DNA of 64,000 bases from Callorhinchus milii (GCF_018977255.1 NW_024704743.1:9488001-9552000); one strand, 5' to 3'. Numbered from the stretch's first letter, positions 13,571 through 27,439 are shown. Notes: generated by a model not told the origin, from the sequence alone. A program made the numbers and translations.

Positions 13571-13955
13571 ACTGTTGCAAAGAACATATACATTCAGCAA
13601 GCAGAAGAAAAACACCTCCCAGGCCCAGCCCACACCTCCTGCTCCATAGAACATCACATCCCTGACTGCTGTCAACAACAATTGCCTAATTTTGCAAAAC
13701 CCATGAGCTGCACAAAACTAAAAATCGAGCCTTACCTGTTTTTAATGTCATAAAGAGCATTCAACAAAGCACAAGAGACCAATAGCAATCATTTGCAGTT
13801 ATACAGCTGCTTTCACACAGGACTGCATCTTGGAGAGCTGAATGCAAACCAGGTGTAATTTGCATCTGCTGTGCATTTGTTATGGCGGATGAGAAATCAC
13901 CCTGCCTCCTCAGGTGGTGTCAGGAACATAACTATAGCGTGGTACCTCAATGCCA

Positions 13956-14108
13956 GTGGAGTCCTGTAGCTCATGCAAGAGACCTGGGTTCAATTCCCAG
14001 CAGGGCGAAATGTTGGGCAAGTTTCCTTACTCCACACGCTTCGGTTTACTTAGCAGTAAGTAGGAACCTGGTTGTTAAGTCGATTGTCAAATGTAAGGAT
14101 TATTATTA
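13956..14108 (+). mobile_element. Family A SINE, long form with internal deletions
   Basis: gtggagtcctgtagctca...gtaagtaggaacctgg joined directly to the tail tcaaatgtaaggattatta. Confidence 0.85.
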
Positions 14109-16899
14109 ATATTTACATTTGGTCCACGATGGAAGGTGAATCACAGCCAAAAACACTACAGCTATTTGCTGTAAAGCATGCAGTACAAATGAGCCAAAAG
14201 GCTCCTCCATTCTCCATCACTCACTGAGTTCCAGATCTGTAGCTTTATCCTGAATTTTAATATGCAGACGGGTGCCAAGTTTCATTGCTGTTGTTGTACT
14301 CAATACTGTACTTATAAAATAACTTAACCGCAAAGCAAAATATCACCCGATTCACAATCAGATACTTTTGAAGGAAGGTTAAGGCTCAAGTACAAACAGT
14401 ACAATGCTTCACAGAAACACAGCAATGGATTTGTGCAAACAATCATGCAAGGCATTAAAAAGGTAGACAGCAAACTGGCTGGTGTGCACACAGTACGTGA
14501 AGAAAGATATTTAGGGTTGCATTTTTGAGATACTTCATCCGTAGTAGTGGCCTATTTTAGACATACCTACATTATCAGTACATAGACAGGCCCACTGGGT
14601 TGGAGAGTTTCAGAGCCAACATCATCATCTGTTTCACCTAAAGCAGGCCAGACCTCAAGCAGTGAACCTCTTATTTTCCATCATTTGTCCATCATTAATT
14701 CAGTCAATTTCTCTCGTCTGCCTGGAGGATTGAGGTCAGGGCACTTTATTACATTTACTGTGTAATTATAATCACTTCCATTTCAGTGCCTCTCTTGAGC
14801 ACGTTTTCAATGGAGATAGTCAAAATTAAAATGATTTCATCTGGCTTCACATCCAAGTTGTAATTCTGTAGTTTTGTGCTGCACCTCTTTATTCATACCC
14901 ATGTATATACGCATACACATAAATTATAATTGTTTAATATTGTATACATTTAGATAAAATATATACATATTCACACGCACAAAATATAAGTTGTGTAAGA
15001 TAGATGAAAGATAATGCACGTAATACATGGATGCAAAATAATAGTACGTGCATGTATATTTAAAAAATTGCAGATTCCTTCTAATACCATGACAGACTAT
15101 TTTGTCTTAAAAGTTGCACCAAATTGGGGAAAATTCTTAAATTCTTCATCAGTTAATGGTCTTCCAGTTAAGACTAATTTAAGATTTTCCTTAATTGCAT
15201 TAGTAAAGTAATTTCACAAGAAATTACTTAACAATCATAAAAATTAAAGATCACAAGAAAGATTCAGATGAAAATGGCCCTCTGATCATCTGATCTCATC
15301 CTTCCAGAATTCCCAACCTACTGTTCTTGCATTGCAAGAACAACATCATATTGCATTTATATAGTGCCTTTCACATCGGAAGGCACAAATAAATCACACA
15401 GATGCCACTGGGATTTCCGTGATATAAAAAAATCATCTTTGGAAATTTCTTTTTTGGAAAAAAAAATCCGTTATTCCAATTTAATAGCAAATGAAATCTA
15501 CCACATGACACAGAAACACATGACAGATAAAATGTAGAAATGGAGCAATAAATAGGATTCAGCGCTTGATATCTTCCCTCATGTTTGTAATATGAATTGG
15601 TGTTCATAATGCAAATTGGTTAAAATATAACTTTCAAGCTGCATTATATTTGCACTGATGTATGTACTCTGAATTGATGCCAATTCGAACACATTTCATC
15701 TCACAGGCTGGTTACGCACTAAATGTCTATTTGGATTCATGTCACTGCAACCTGGAGGCATCCTGAAGACCAATTTTCTGCTTCGTTTCAACAGTTAGAT
15801 ATTTTCATCTTATTGGTCACATCCCCTTCCTGAGAACCTATTGCACCATTAAATTAATTTTACATACAGCTCCCTGACAGCACTTCCTCTTTGACAGTTT
15901 ATCACAGTTTCAGAATAAAGGAAATGGAGGGGACAACAACTAGACCAATTTCTAAACTAAAAATTTAAATGGTCAAACATAAAATCAGAAGACTGCTGAA
16001 GAGTTGAAGAACAGGGGTATAATGGCAATTGACAAAATACCCACATTCAGAAAAGAAAGAAGCCAGTGACGTGATCAAGCAGGTTGGTTTCTGGTTGCAG
16101 TCCAGTCTATTCTGATCTCTATTATGTACTTTGGTCAGCAATCACTCAGAGACAAACGCAAATCAATGGGCAATATTGTTGTTGAAAACAAGCAATGCAC
16201 AATGCAAACAAAAGCAGAATGAAATAATAGATACAGGGCAGCAAAAGGCATGATAATATTGCACAGCATTTCTGGATGCTCATGGTATTGAGTGATATAT
16301 ATGTATATATATTTATTTATAAATATTATATTCAAACACACAGCCAACACACAGTTACAAGCAAATGCAGGGATGATTCACCATTGCCAAATATGTTGAT
16401 TCAGCTCTCTCCCACACTGTCAGGCTTACAAGTAAGAACTCCCAATGATGTAATCATACCATGTGTATGTAAACCGAAAAGACAGAACAAATGTTTGGTT
16501 GTGAAATGAGCCTTTGCAGGTCAACAGAAGGGAATAATAAAGCTTTCAGCCACAAATCTGCTTGACGGAACAATCTGATTAACAAGGACCAGAGTTCCTA
16601 AATGTGCAAGACTATGTTTAAATGGTGACTTATTTGCCAGTAATTAATGGTTTATCACTTGGTGGCCTGTAGTGATTAGGTCACCATAATAAGTGCTTCA
16701 TTGCAGCTGACACCATCAATCAATGACACACATTGATTGACTGGCATTCCACATTGGCATTCCAGTACCATCAGCAAATTTACAAACTCAACTACCTCTA
16801 GTCATTATTACAATCAGATAATAAGGAACAGTTTTAAAACCGACAGCTTAATTTGAGAGTTTACATATAAAGAATCCCTGCGTTTGTAACAGTGCTTAC

Positions 16900-17105
16900 A
16901 ACACTGTTAAAATATCTCAAAGGACTTTACAGGATTTTACTTCTGTACCTGTAGATGAACATTGTAGCCAATTTGCACACAGCAGTGTCCCCCAAACAGT
17001 CATGATGTGAATGACCAATTTTATATGTAGGATGATTGGACAGGACACAGGAAGAATCTTCCTTCTGTTTTTAAATCGTGCCAATTTAACATCCACCAGA
17101 ACTGC
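16900..17105 (-). mobile_element. Deu-domain SINE, 3' half
   Basis: agccaatttgcacacagcagtgtccc...tgaccaatttt...tttaacatccacc. Confidence 0.7.
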
Positions 17106-18589
17106 AGAGAGGAGCAACAAATCTTCCCATTCAAATGGCCACCTGGCTGATCGTAAGACATTGATGCATTCCAATTGGCCTAGATATTTGCCCACAAATA
17201 TAATCACTGCACTTGGTAATTATTGTGAAGCATTTTGAGACTGACGTAATAAAGCTCTATATCAACTGCAAGGATTATTATTTATTATTATTTATGATTA
17301 TTATTATTTTATGAAAAATGTTAGGTTATATGGCCTGGTGGCACAGACTGTGACTCAGACATGGAGACACCAACAGTCTCTGCTCCACTCAGCCAATACC
17401 AATTAATTTTGCTTCCATGGGTGACAGAGCTTTCAGATCCAGAGCCGCTAACCTCTTCTCCCTGTCTTCAAGTCAAGCCTCAAAAGCTACTTCTTGACTT
17501 ATCTGTGACTACCTCACTCTTCTGCCTTCACGTACTCCCTCGATTTGTGTGTGACCCCATCCTGAAAAGCACTCGAAGACATTACCCTAAGTGAACAATG
17601 CTTTAAAAATGCAAACCATGGTAAAATTAGAAAAAACATTACGCTGGTTAGTTTACGATATTAATTAGTCAGATCATATCTGAAGTATGGTGTTTGTTAA
17701 GGACTCGTGATTCTGGGATGATATTACTGAGAAGGTGCAGAAACAAGCACTAAAATTATGAGGAAAAGTTGTGAGAATCTGGCTGTGAGGCAATACAATT
17801 GAAGGTTGAGTTTAAGGCTTTATTATAAATTAGGCACAGTCACTGCAACATTAAGGCTTGGGAAACTCTCACCAAGAAATAAAAAAAAGTTAATGATTAA
17901 AAAATCTTCAATTATTATAAGAACAGGAAGTCATATTTACCACAAACCATGAAATGACTTTCTGGCTTCCTGTCATACAAACCTCAGCGACCACTATCAG
18001 TGCAAGGCATCTGGCTCCTCTGCAATCACACATCTGGCTAAAATGACAGAATATTGAGCACTTGGATTCAGACAGCATCTTTCACATAGGTTAACATCTC
18101 AGAGCACTTTACAAAGGCAAAGCTGAGCAAGTGGGACATGACCATATGTGCTCTGGTGTGAAGGGATTTAGAGGTGATTCATTTCTTAAACACTTCAATT
18201 GTGACTCCTAAGTGGAAGCCAGTTTTACAGAAAGTACAAAGAGATAAATAAAAAGGACAAATCACATGCCAACCATGAAAGGCCAGAATGAATTGGTCTG
18301 CCCAAACTGCTCTGTAGATGGATGTGGGATGACATATTAAGGTGACCGCTCCTTACCTCCAGCCTCATAGAGAAGTACCCATCCCTGTTCATCATAGACT
18401 CATTAGAATGGCTAAAATAAAAAGGTCACTTTCTTGGAAAATCACAAGTTCAATTCCCTATTCTTACGTTCTACTGCAAGATATGATGGATCTATTTTAT
18501 GGTTTAAACACATCAAATTCACACAGGAAGAGGGCTTGGAAAGAAAGCTGATCTGAACGCTCTCGTGTTGAGGCTACTGCAGCCAGTGA

Positions 18590-18900
18590 ATATGGAGATT
18601 TGCATTGGCGGAGATGCTATCCTTTGGTCAAAGCTGGTAAACTGATGTCCCATCTGCCTTTTCAGGTGGATGTTAAAATTGCCACAACACTTCTTAAGAG
18701 AAGGAAATTTCTTACATCGTCCTGGCCTACGATCCTGTGGACAAATTGGTCAATCACTGGCTATTTGTGGGACCTTGCTGTTTGCAAATCAGGTGTTGTA
18801 TTTGCCCATTAACTCAGTCACAACACTTAACAGCAATTACCTGTGAAGCTCTGGGGTATTTTGATATTATGGGCACAAAATCAAAGACAGGAATTATTAG
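18590..18900 (+). mobile_element. Deu-domain SINE, diverged
   Basis: ccatctgccttttcaggtggatgttaaa...tttgtgggaccttgctg. Confidence 0.7.
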
Positions 18901-20644
18901 TAGTTGTCTTAGTTTTACTGCAGGAGCCTCAACACTAGAGTGTTCAGATCAGCTTTCTTTCCAAGCCCTCTTCCTGTGTGAATTTGACACAGGCTTTTAT
19001 TTCAACTTATTTCAGGTTGTTAAAAATCCTGAAAGACGGCTTTTTATCTGATCTGTGTCAGTGCACTGATTCTCCTCCGAAGCTGGGAACATTCATTCAG
19101 CGCTTACTCTGTCGCAACACGGCCTATCAGTCTTAGAATTTGGTTTGCCAAAAATTCGAAGCCAGAAAAACCATGCACTTTGACAAGATGAGTTACCTCT
19201 TTGAGGCAGCTTTGCCTAAAGAATCAGTCTCAGTGCAACAGTGGTATAAATGCATTAACATAGTAGTTATCACAAATCATCTTGAAAATGACATGCTCAT
19301 GCCCATTTGTGAATGGAAGAAGTGATTTGCATGAATATTTTTCCACCTCTACTGTTTTAACAGTCACAATCTTCACCCACTGTTGAGGTAGAGCCAGTTA
19401 CTGAATTGTCTAGATCTAAGCACTTTACAAAGCAAGTCAAAAATTTGATCAGCATCTTAAACAGAGTCGCATAACGCAAAATCAGTTAAGCAGGTGTACC
19501 ATGCTAACAGACACTCCACAAAGCAGGGATATACCACAATGGCGTTTGCTTAACAGGCTTCAAATGTTGCCCAAGGTCATGGAGCAGGGAAGGGTGCGAG
19601 GGAATCATTTCCTTGTTGAGAGATCCAGTACAAAATAAAACAGTACTCCCAAAGCAACTAATCCTGTCAACTTTCTACGATGAAAGTTTCTTTCTGCTCT
19701 CTCTCTCTCAACACATCGGCTTAACAAATAATGAGACTGGTATCACAAACAATAGCCGTGAGCAAGGGCGTTGGATTGTGAGGAACATCTCCATTCTGCC
19801 TCAAACATTATTTGAGTAGCGAAGAGCATCAAACAAATCACATGATGAATGGCCATCTGGATGAGGGATGTTGGAAATGGGCTAAGAATTAAGGATGCGA
19901 CTAAATAGTAATTACAGTATAATTATGCTTGCATTTGACACAGCACATCATCACATCATCGAAATGTCTGAAAGGATTTGAATGTGAAGAATAGTGGTTA
20001 TGTATGTATTTGTGGGTAAACGCAGCAATCAATTTGTGCTCAGGAATATCCTTCAAACAGCCGTGAAATGAATGATCAATTTTAGATGATCAATTCTAGC
20101 CCCGATGCATGTGTGATTTCATGATTTACATTCACAGATTCTGTATTTCTATGGATTAAGATGCATTAGCAATCATCTCAAAGTGCTTGACTAAGGAGTG
20201 ACAGGAGAGTCAAGTGACTATTTTGTAAGCAAATGTACAACAATATGCTGGTATGAATCATAGTATTCTGATGCGTTTTTCCCTAACAATTGCAAAAAGT
20301 AGTCTCAGAGCTATAGAAGAAAGCCACTGGCCATTTCCCATGATCACAGAGAGCTTGTTTTGTTTGATGTTTTTAGACAGACACTTGTGGTTCTAGCACA
20401 TCACCTCGTGTGTTTTGATTACTCAAAGTTGCCATGGTTTCAGTTCATGACTTTTTCAAACCTGTCATGTCAAAATGACTGGTTGGGTCGTGCTTTACTG
20501 AGGGAAAATGATGCAAATGTGACATAGAACAAGGGAAACAGGATAATCCTCTCAAGTTGTAAGGCTACTAAAAGGAATTTAACTGTTAATAATAATCCAT
20601 AATAATCCTTATATTTGGTTTAGCACCTTATCACATCGTTAAGA

Positions 20645-21118
20645 CAACAACTTGCATTTATATAGCACCTCTCACACAGGGCAGAGTCCCAGAGCTCTTG
20701 ACAGTGGCGGAGCACAACTCTGAGCCAGGGGAGGGTTAGGTGACAGTAGGTACAGTCAAATAGAAAGGTCTACAGGCGTGACCTGAAGATGGGGAAGGAA
20801 GGGACAAGGCGGAGGGATAGAGGAAGAGTGTTCCATAGTTTCGGGGTGGAGTGGCTGAAAGCGTGGCCAACAATGGTGGAACAGAGGGCACAAGGAACAT
20901 ACAGAAGGCAACAATATGCTGGCATGAATCATAGTATTCTGATGAGTTTTTCCTTAACAAAAAACAGTCGAGTGGAGGCAGTGGGTTGTGGATTGGAAGG
21001 TAAGCAGGTTGGACAGGTAGGGAGGTACCAGGAATGAAGGGATTTGAAAATGAGTGCGACGATCTTAAAATTGTTCTGTTCAGTGATAGAGAGCCAGTGG
21101 AGTCTGACTGGAACCCGT
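20645..21118 (-). mobile_element. L2 LINE 3' fragment nested in a minus-strand SINE tail (20598-20644 and 21119-21165)
   Basis: caacaacttgcatttatatagcacc tail and L2 ORF2-end homology. SINE tail sequence resumes with gtctcaaagcgcttcacagaatatattgtaaagtgaattgac. Confidence 0.8.
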
Positions 21119-21355
21119 GAGAGGTCTCAAAGCGCTTCACAGAATATATTGTAAAGTGAATTGACCATCGTGGTCCTGATAAAGGGGACACCGTAAAAAA
21201 AAACGTTAGTCTCACCTGGAGCCTCCCAATTATTACGAAAAGAGCAAGACTAGTTTTCACTGGCCTTACCTGAGGCAGTTGTCAGGGTTGTGAAATGAAT
21301 TCAAAAGAAAGGAGTAACTGTTGGCACAAAGATTCATGATCAATGAAATTGAAGT

Positions 21356-21787
21356 CAGGTGTCAGCCTGGCTCGGTTGGTTGCACTGTCGCTTGTGTCGG
21401 GATTTGAACTCATATGGTGCAGGCTGACACTCCAGTGCAACCAGGAGATGGGCTGCATTGTTGAAGGTGCCGTCCTTCAAACTCGCCTCACAAGAGAGGA
21501 CTTGAGTTTGATTCCTTGGCAGGGCGAAACCTTAGGCAAATTTCTTTATTCCACATGCCTCTGATTATCCAGCAATAAGTAGGAACCCAGTTGCTAGTCA
21601 ATTGGCAGATTGCTTTCCAGGGGTAATAATGTCTCAAAAAAAATGCGGTCTCTCAGTCCACGACTGTTTGTGGAACAATACTGGGTGTAATTGGCTGCCG
21701 CATTTTGAAATATATGTTGTTAAGCTCTTGGAGATGACTCAACAGCGTGATAAGGTGCTAAATCAAAAGCAAGGATTATTATTATTA
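21356..21787 (+). mobile_element. 5' half of a Deu-SINE (21356-21480) joined to a family A long SINE (21481-21787)
   Basis: gtgtcagcctggctcggttgg...tgaaggtgccgtccttc, then actcgcctcacaagagag...gtaggaaccc...(att)n. Confidence 0.8.
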
Positions 21788-22562
21788 CTTGCATTTATAT
21801 TGCGCCCTTCACATAGGCTAATGTCTCAGAATGCTTTACAGGGATGCATTAAAAGGATGGTTAATGAGACAAGCAGACACCTAAATACGATGCATCAGGT
21901 CATTTCATGATCACAGTATAAATGTGTCAACTGGTGCTCATTTCAGGAAAACCAAGGATCGTTTCAGTACCAACGGCTGCCAATGCATTGAGGACCTAAG
22001 GGCAGCCAGCCTCAGTCACACAGTTACAGTTTTACGCAGCTGGATTTCCAAAGCGGAACCAGTCACATATGACTGCAAACAGAGATACAAAAAGCAGATT
22101 GCTTACCAAGTCTTGGAACGTTTTCCTCCAGCTCACTGCTTAAAAAAAATGAAGTCACAAGCTTTCATATATACTGTAGAATATGAACATAATAATAATC
22201 CTTGCATTTGATATAGAGCTTTTCAAGTCTTCTACACGTCTCAAAGTACTTCACAGAATATACTGTAAAGTGAATTGACTGTATTTGTAGGCGAAATCAG
22301 ATGCATTGAAACATGAAGGGATATGGGGACGAGAGCAAGAAAGCAAGGTTAATAATTTTTTTTAGAAAAACAGCTAGTAGTGGCATTGAGACAAACAGCC
22401 TCTTTTGTACAGTAAATATCCATGTTTCTGCGTGCATCAGGTAATCCACATTAACACAGGGTATCAGCCTGGATCAATTGAGAGCATTCTTTCCTTTGAG
22501 ACAGAAGACCGTGGATTCCATGGTCTAATCTGACAATGCAGGGGTAGTACCATCCTATAGAC

Positions 22563-22885
22563 AAGTCCTGTAGCTCAGTGGTTAGAGTGGTTAGAGCACT
22601 CGCTTCACAAGCGAGACACCTGAGTTCAATTCCAGGCAGGGCGAAACCTTGGGCAAGTTTCCTTACTCCACACGCCTAATAATAATCCCTCCAAAACAAT
22701 AAAACAATAATAAATTGGTCATTTTCAATCTACAACTGTTTGTGGGACACTGCTGTGCGCAATTGGCTGCCGCGTTCGCCCACAAATATACAGTCAATTC
22801 ACTTTACAGTATATTCTGTGAAGCGCTTTGAGACGTCTAGAAGACGTGAAAAGCGCTATATCAAATGCAAGGATTATTATTATTA
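22563..22885 (+). mobile_element. Family A SINE, short form, full length, young
   Basis: Nearly identical to 60561-60836 and close to 8622-8934; small tandem duplication agtggttag in the head. Confidence 0.92.
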
Positions 22886-24270
22886 AGACATTAAAACAAG
22901 GTACAGTCTGCCTGTTCGGGTGGATGTTCAAGAATCCATGGTACGATTCACAAAGAGAAGAGTTTCTTCCTATGATAATCCTCAAGCAAAATAATAAGAG
23001 CCCAATAATCCTCAAACAAAATAAATTGATGATTGACTTCATGGCTGTTTGTGCTATCATTGCTGCCACATTTGCCTGTAAATATAGTTACTACATGCAA
23101 CAGCTAAATCTTGTGAAGTGCTTTGAAACATTTCACCACTATGACAAGGCACTATATAAATGTATAAATGCAAGCATTATTGTAACACTGTTCATCCAGT
23201 TGTGCATTGATAGAATTAAGTCGTTTTTCAGTTTGGCCTAATTATGCATTCAAAACTGCATTTTACATTTAAAATCCCTCGGCTTCAAGTTTTATGATTT
23301 GATAAGCATTTAACTACCCCAATTCTTTCAGAACTACCTTAAAGTGCTCATTTAGAACTTAATTCCTCTTAGCTATGCAGGCACAGGTATCACAATACAG
23401 TATATTGGATTTTAGAAGATAATCTGATAACCATATTGTTTCCACAAGTATGTACGGGTTTGTCAGTTCCACTTTGTGCAGATTTCAGGTTTTCTACTGT
23501 ATGTAATTTGCACAGAACGATGCAGCAGTGATGGCAGGTGACTGGGGTGTCAAGATGAGAAGCTAGTGGCTGCTCCAAGGATAAAATACAACCTACACTT
23601 ATATAGCGCCTTTCACATAAGGAGGAAGTCTCAAAGCACTTGAGAATCACAACTGGGCACCCATCCTGGAGGTGGGTTACAAGCAATCACAAACAACTAC
23701 TCCTGTTAACCATTTGTTAACCACATAGGCTACACATAGAGGCGGTGCAGAGTGGGGAGAGGGAGCAGGGCACTCCTTGTGTTATCCACCAGGTTTCCCC
23801 ATCCTGGAAGATTATAGGGCAGAAATGTACTTTAAAACAGACCGTTCCTGGGTGCCACATTTATTGCCACCCTTCTGAAAATGCCAAACCGTCCTCAGAG
23901 AATAGATGGTTTGTGTGCAATAAAGGGTAATTATAGCAGCTAAATCTGCAACGCGGAAGTATACAATAATTATAATCCTTACATTTTAATATAGTGCCTA
24001 CAAGGTCGAGGATGGCTCCAGAAACTTCATCAATATTGCGGCTGAGAAATTGTAGGAAAACATGTGTGGAATTATACAAAACGTTGCCTCTCCAGCAATT
24101 GACAACTAAACCATGACCAGATATTTACAATCTGCTCCAGACAAGTCATTTCACAGCATCATCAGGTCAAGCCACAGACTTCCTGTACATTTACGCTCCT
24201 GGCACACAGTTACAAGTACTGACTTAGTTTAATGGTTAACGCAGAAGTTATTCTTCATTTTTCTCTAGAA

Positions 24271-24634
24271 ATATTAATCCTTGCATTTGATATAGCGCCT
24301 TACACATCTTTGAGATGTCTCAAAGCGCTTCACAGAATGTACTGTAATGTGAATTGATTTTGTGGGCGAATCGTGGCTGCCAATTGCGCAAAGTAGTGTC
24401 CCACAAACAGTCATCAATTCAGTGAATAATTAAAAAAAAAATATTTTGAAGGGATTATTACCCCCGGAAAAGCGATCCGCAATTGACTTAAAGCTGGGTT
24501 CCTACTTACTGCAAGGTAAATAGAGACACGTGGAGTAAGGAAACTTTCTTAACGTATCGCCCTGCCCGGGAATCAAACCCAGATCCTCTCACTTGCGAGG
24601 CAAGAGCTCTAACCACTGAGCTACTTGACTCCAC
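24271..24634 (-). mobile_element. Family A SINE, long form, full length
   Basis: Reverse complement of the 13199-type element from head to tail. Confidence 0.9.
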
Positions 24635-24642
24635 AAATGGAA

Positions 24643-24996
24643 GGTAAGTGCAGTGGTTAGAGCAGTCGCCTTCCAAGCAAGAGGACACGGGTTTGATTCC
24701 CGGACGGAGTGAAACCTTAGGTAAATTTCCGTACTCCAACCGCCTCTGTTTACCTTTCAGTAAATAAGAACCCGGTCGATTTGCAGATTGATTTCCGGGG
24801 GTAATATTCCCTCCAAAAAAATAGCAATAATTTGGTCTCTCAATCCACGATCTGATGTGTGGGGCACTGCTGTGCTAAATTAGCTGCCGTGTTTCACCCA
24901 TCAATTCACTTTACAGTATATCCTATAAAGCACTTTGAGACATCTCAACGGTGCGATGAGGCGCAATATCAAATGTAACAATTGTTATTATTATTA
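24643..24996 (+). mobile_element. Family A SINE, long form, divergent tRNA head
   Basis: gcagtggttagagcagtcgccttccaagc...gggtttgattcccgg...cgcctctgtttacc...tail. Confidence 0.85.
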
Positions 24997-25021
24997 GTAG
25001 TAAGTGAAATTCTGTTAATTA

Positions 25022-25872
25022 AACAACAACAAGATTTCATTTACAGAGCGCCTTTCACGTCGGGAGGATGTCCCAAGGCACTGGACAGTTGAGTCGGGAC
25101 CCGAGCAGGGGTGAAATGGTGAGGGGAGGGAAGGGAGCGAGGAGGGGGTAGAGAGTCGAGAGGTGAGCTGAAGGCACAATCAAAGAGAAAGGTCTTGAAA
25201 CCGGCCTTGAAGGAGGAAAGGGAGGAGGCGGCGAAGGCACTGGGGGATGGAGTTCCAGAGCCTAGGGGCTGAGAGGCTGAAGGCCCGGCCACCGATAGTA
25301 GGGCGGTTGGGGCGGGGGATGTGGAGCAGACCGGTGCCAGAGGAACGGAGGGTACGAGCAGGTAAGTAAGAGGATAGTAGGTCGGAGAGGTAGGAGGGAG
25401 CAAGGCCGTGAATGGCCTTGTAGGTGAGGGTGACGATCTTGAATTCGATCCTCTGGGGGATGGGGAGCCAGTGGAGGCGAGCGAGGGTGGGAGTGATGTG
25501 GTCGCGAAGCCTGGTGCGGGACAGTACACGAGCTGCAGAGTTCTGAATGACCTGCAGCTTGTGGAGGGAGGTGCCGGGAAGGCAGACGAGGAGAGAGTTC
25601 CCATAGTCCAGCCTTGAGGTGATGAAGGCGTGGACCAGAGTTTCAGCAGCGTGAGGGGTGAGGATGTGCCATAGTCTGGCGATGTTTCAGAGGTGATGGA
25701 AGGCGGTGCCAGTTGTTGAGCGGATATGGGGGAGAAAGGACAGCTTAGGGTCGAAGAGAACCCCGAGGTTCCTGACTGGCTTTGAGAGGTGGAGAGTGCA
25801 GCCTTGGATGCTGATGCTGTCAGCGCCTGAGGTGCGGAGGCACTGACGCGAGCCAATCAGGAGGGCCTCAGT
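25022..25872 (-). mobile_element. L2 LINE, 5' truncated, relatively well preserved
   Basis: Minus strand encodes the L2 ORF2 C-terminus (RNLGVLFD, SRLDYGNSLL, QNSAAR, LHWLPI, GGRAFS, LWNSIP); tail gtgaaaggcgctctgtaaatg...(ttg)n. Confidence 0.93.
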
Positions 25873-27439
25873 ACCACACAGCCTCCGACCGTACTGTATG
25901 CAGAAACAATCTGCTCCACCAATCACACACATCCTCATTTACCAACCGCCAGAGACCTCTCTGGGAGTGAGGTGAGGGAGGGGGGAGGAGGAGAGGACGC
26001 TGACTATGTTCACACTGCCCTGTAGAGGGTAGCAATTTGGAGTTATGCATTTACCAGGAATCAGTTTAATTGATTTTTATACGAATGGTCACAGGGAAAG
26101 TATTTGATGTACCAAATTATTCGTACAACCAATATTCAATTAACTAATCTATATTCTTAGATTAGGAATGCAAATCCTTTGGGATTTCTAAATCCAATTT
26201 AATAAAACTATTCTATATTCTGATATACAATTTACTGAATCTTACTGTATTTTGATCGACTTCTGTATCTTTATATTGTACAGAGGAGAACTATAGTTAC
26301 AAGAACAAACCCTTTTCACTGTTCAAATAACAGGATCTATGAAAGTGATTTATTCTGTCCATTCAGGATATTTATCTAAGGTGTTAATGCATTATCCCTC
26401 ACAATCGATTCTCCCATTTGTCAGGAATCTACAACAGAAACCTCAATGGTAATTCACAGCAACCAATGCTACCCTTTTACTGAAGAAATTAACCTTTACT
26501 TAAATGGACTGTCGGGGCCAGGAACAATGTCACCATTGGTAGAGGGGGCGGGGGGATCACAAAACCATTTTACAATCTCTGTCAAGCATATTGCATTAAG
26601 GTCTCATTAAATTGTCACTCCCAGATGGTCACTAATGCAATGCAATGCCCACATCCACCCCACAAAATGAGATGCTGTTCTTGTAATTGGTACTCCAGCC
26701 ACATGATAGTCTGTGTGTAATGTAGAGTGCTAATTACACACTGCATAACTATAAAAAGGTCTAGGGCCTGGCACATGGATATCACAGGCCAAACAAAAGC
26801 TTGAACTATTTTAAAACCATTAATATGGTCATCAGCGAGTTCGTAATGCAGTAAATTCATGACCAACATTGCCAGGATGGGGAACAGAATGGTCTAAAAG
26901 TAACACAAATTTTGCTCCTACATTTTTGTGTACACATTTCAGTTCCAACATGCTACACTAGTGTTTCCCATCATCTGAAATGTTTTAACAGTGTTTTGTG
27001 CAGTTATGTTGTCTCAGTAATCACAGAAAATGAGGAACGACTCCAATCAGGAGAGCCCGGCCCGTCTCTGGCATAAAAATAAAATGTCATAATTGGGGAA
27101 TGACTAGAAGGCAAGTACTGTACGTCTTTAATGAGAAACAGAACCATTGGGGGAGGGGGAGGAGAAAGCAGCTGGGTTGAACATTTACCACACTGCCGGA
27201 ATGGATCCAGGACTGTTCAGAGTTCATAATCACTCAATCAGCTGGGCTTGGGATTCAATACTAAAGAACCAACTTCACACAAAGAAGCATTTCACAGGTA
27301 ATTAACAGCAAATGCAGTGGATGGTTTTGCAGCCTCCCTCCCTCTCTCTCTCCCTCCATCCATCAGGTTTCTCTCTCTGCCATACACACGTCTCCTGAAG
27401 GAGCAACATAGACTGAGGCAACTCTAAGGTCAATATGTC

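Noticed and set aside
13728..13930. Possible cryptic minus-strand exon ending at cag|gtaagg (about 13736)
   Set aside because: No convincing acceptor or recognisable PARD3 peptide. Such donors occur by chance.
20936..20972. Second hammerhead-like motif (CTGATGA-GTTTTT...AAAAAC-AGTC)
   Set aside because: No GAAA box after the stem, no stem I, and the sister copy at 20268 reads CTGATGC.
25041..25856. 271-aa Ser/Pro-rich ORF, the longest in the track
   Set aside because: It is an off-frame reading of the C-rich L2 ORF2 strand. The true L2 peptide is in another frame.
26015..26035. CTCF-like site cctgtagagggtagc
   Set aside because: Two mismatches at informative core positions; not supportable without ChIP data.
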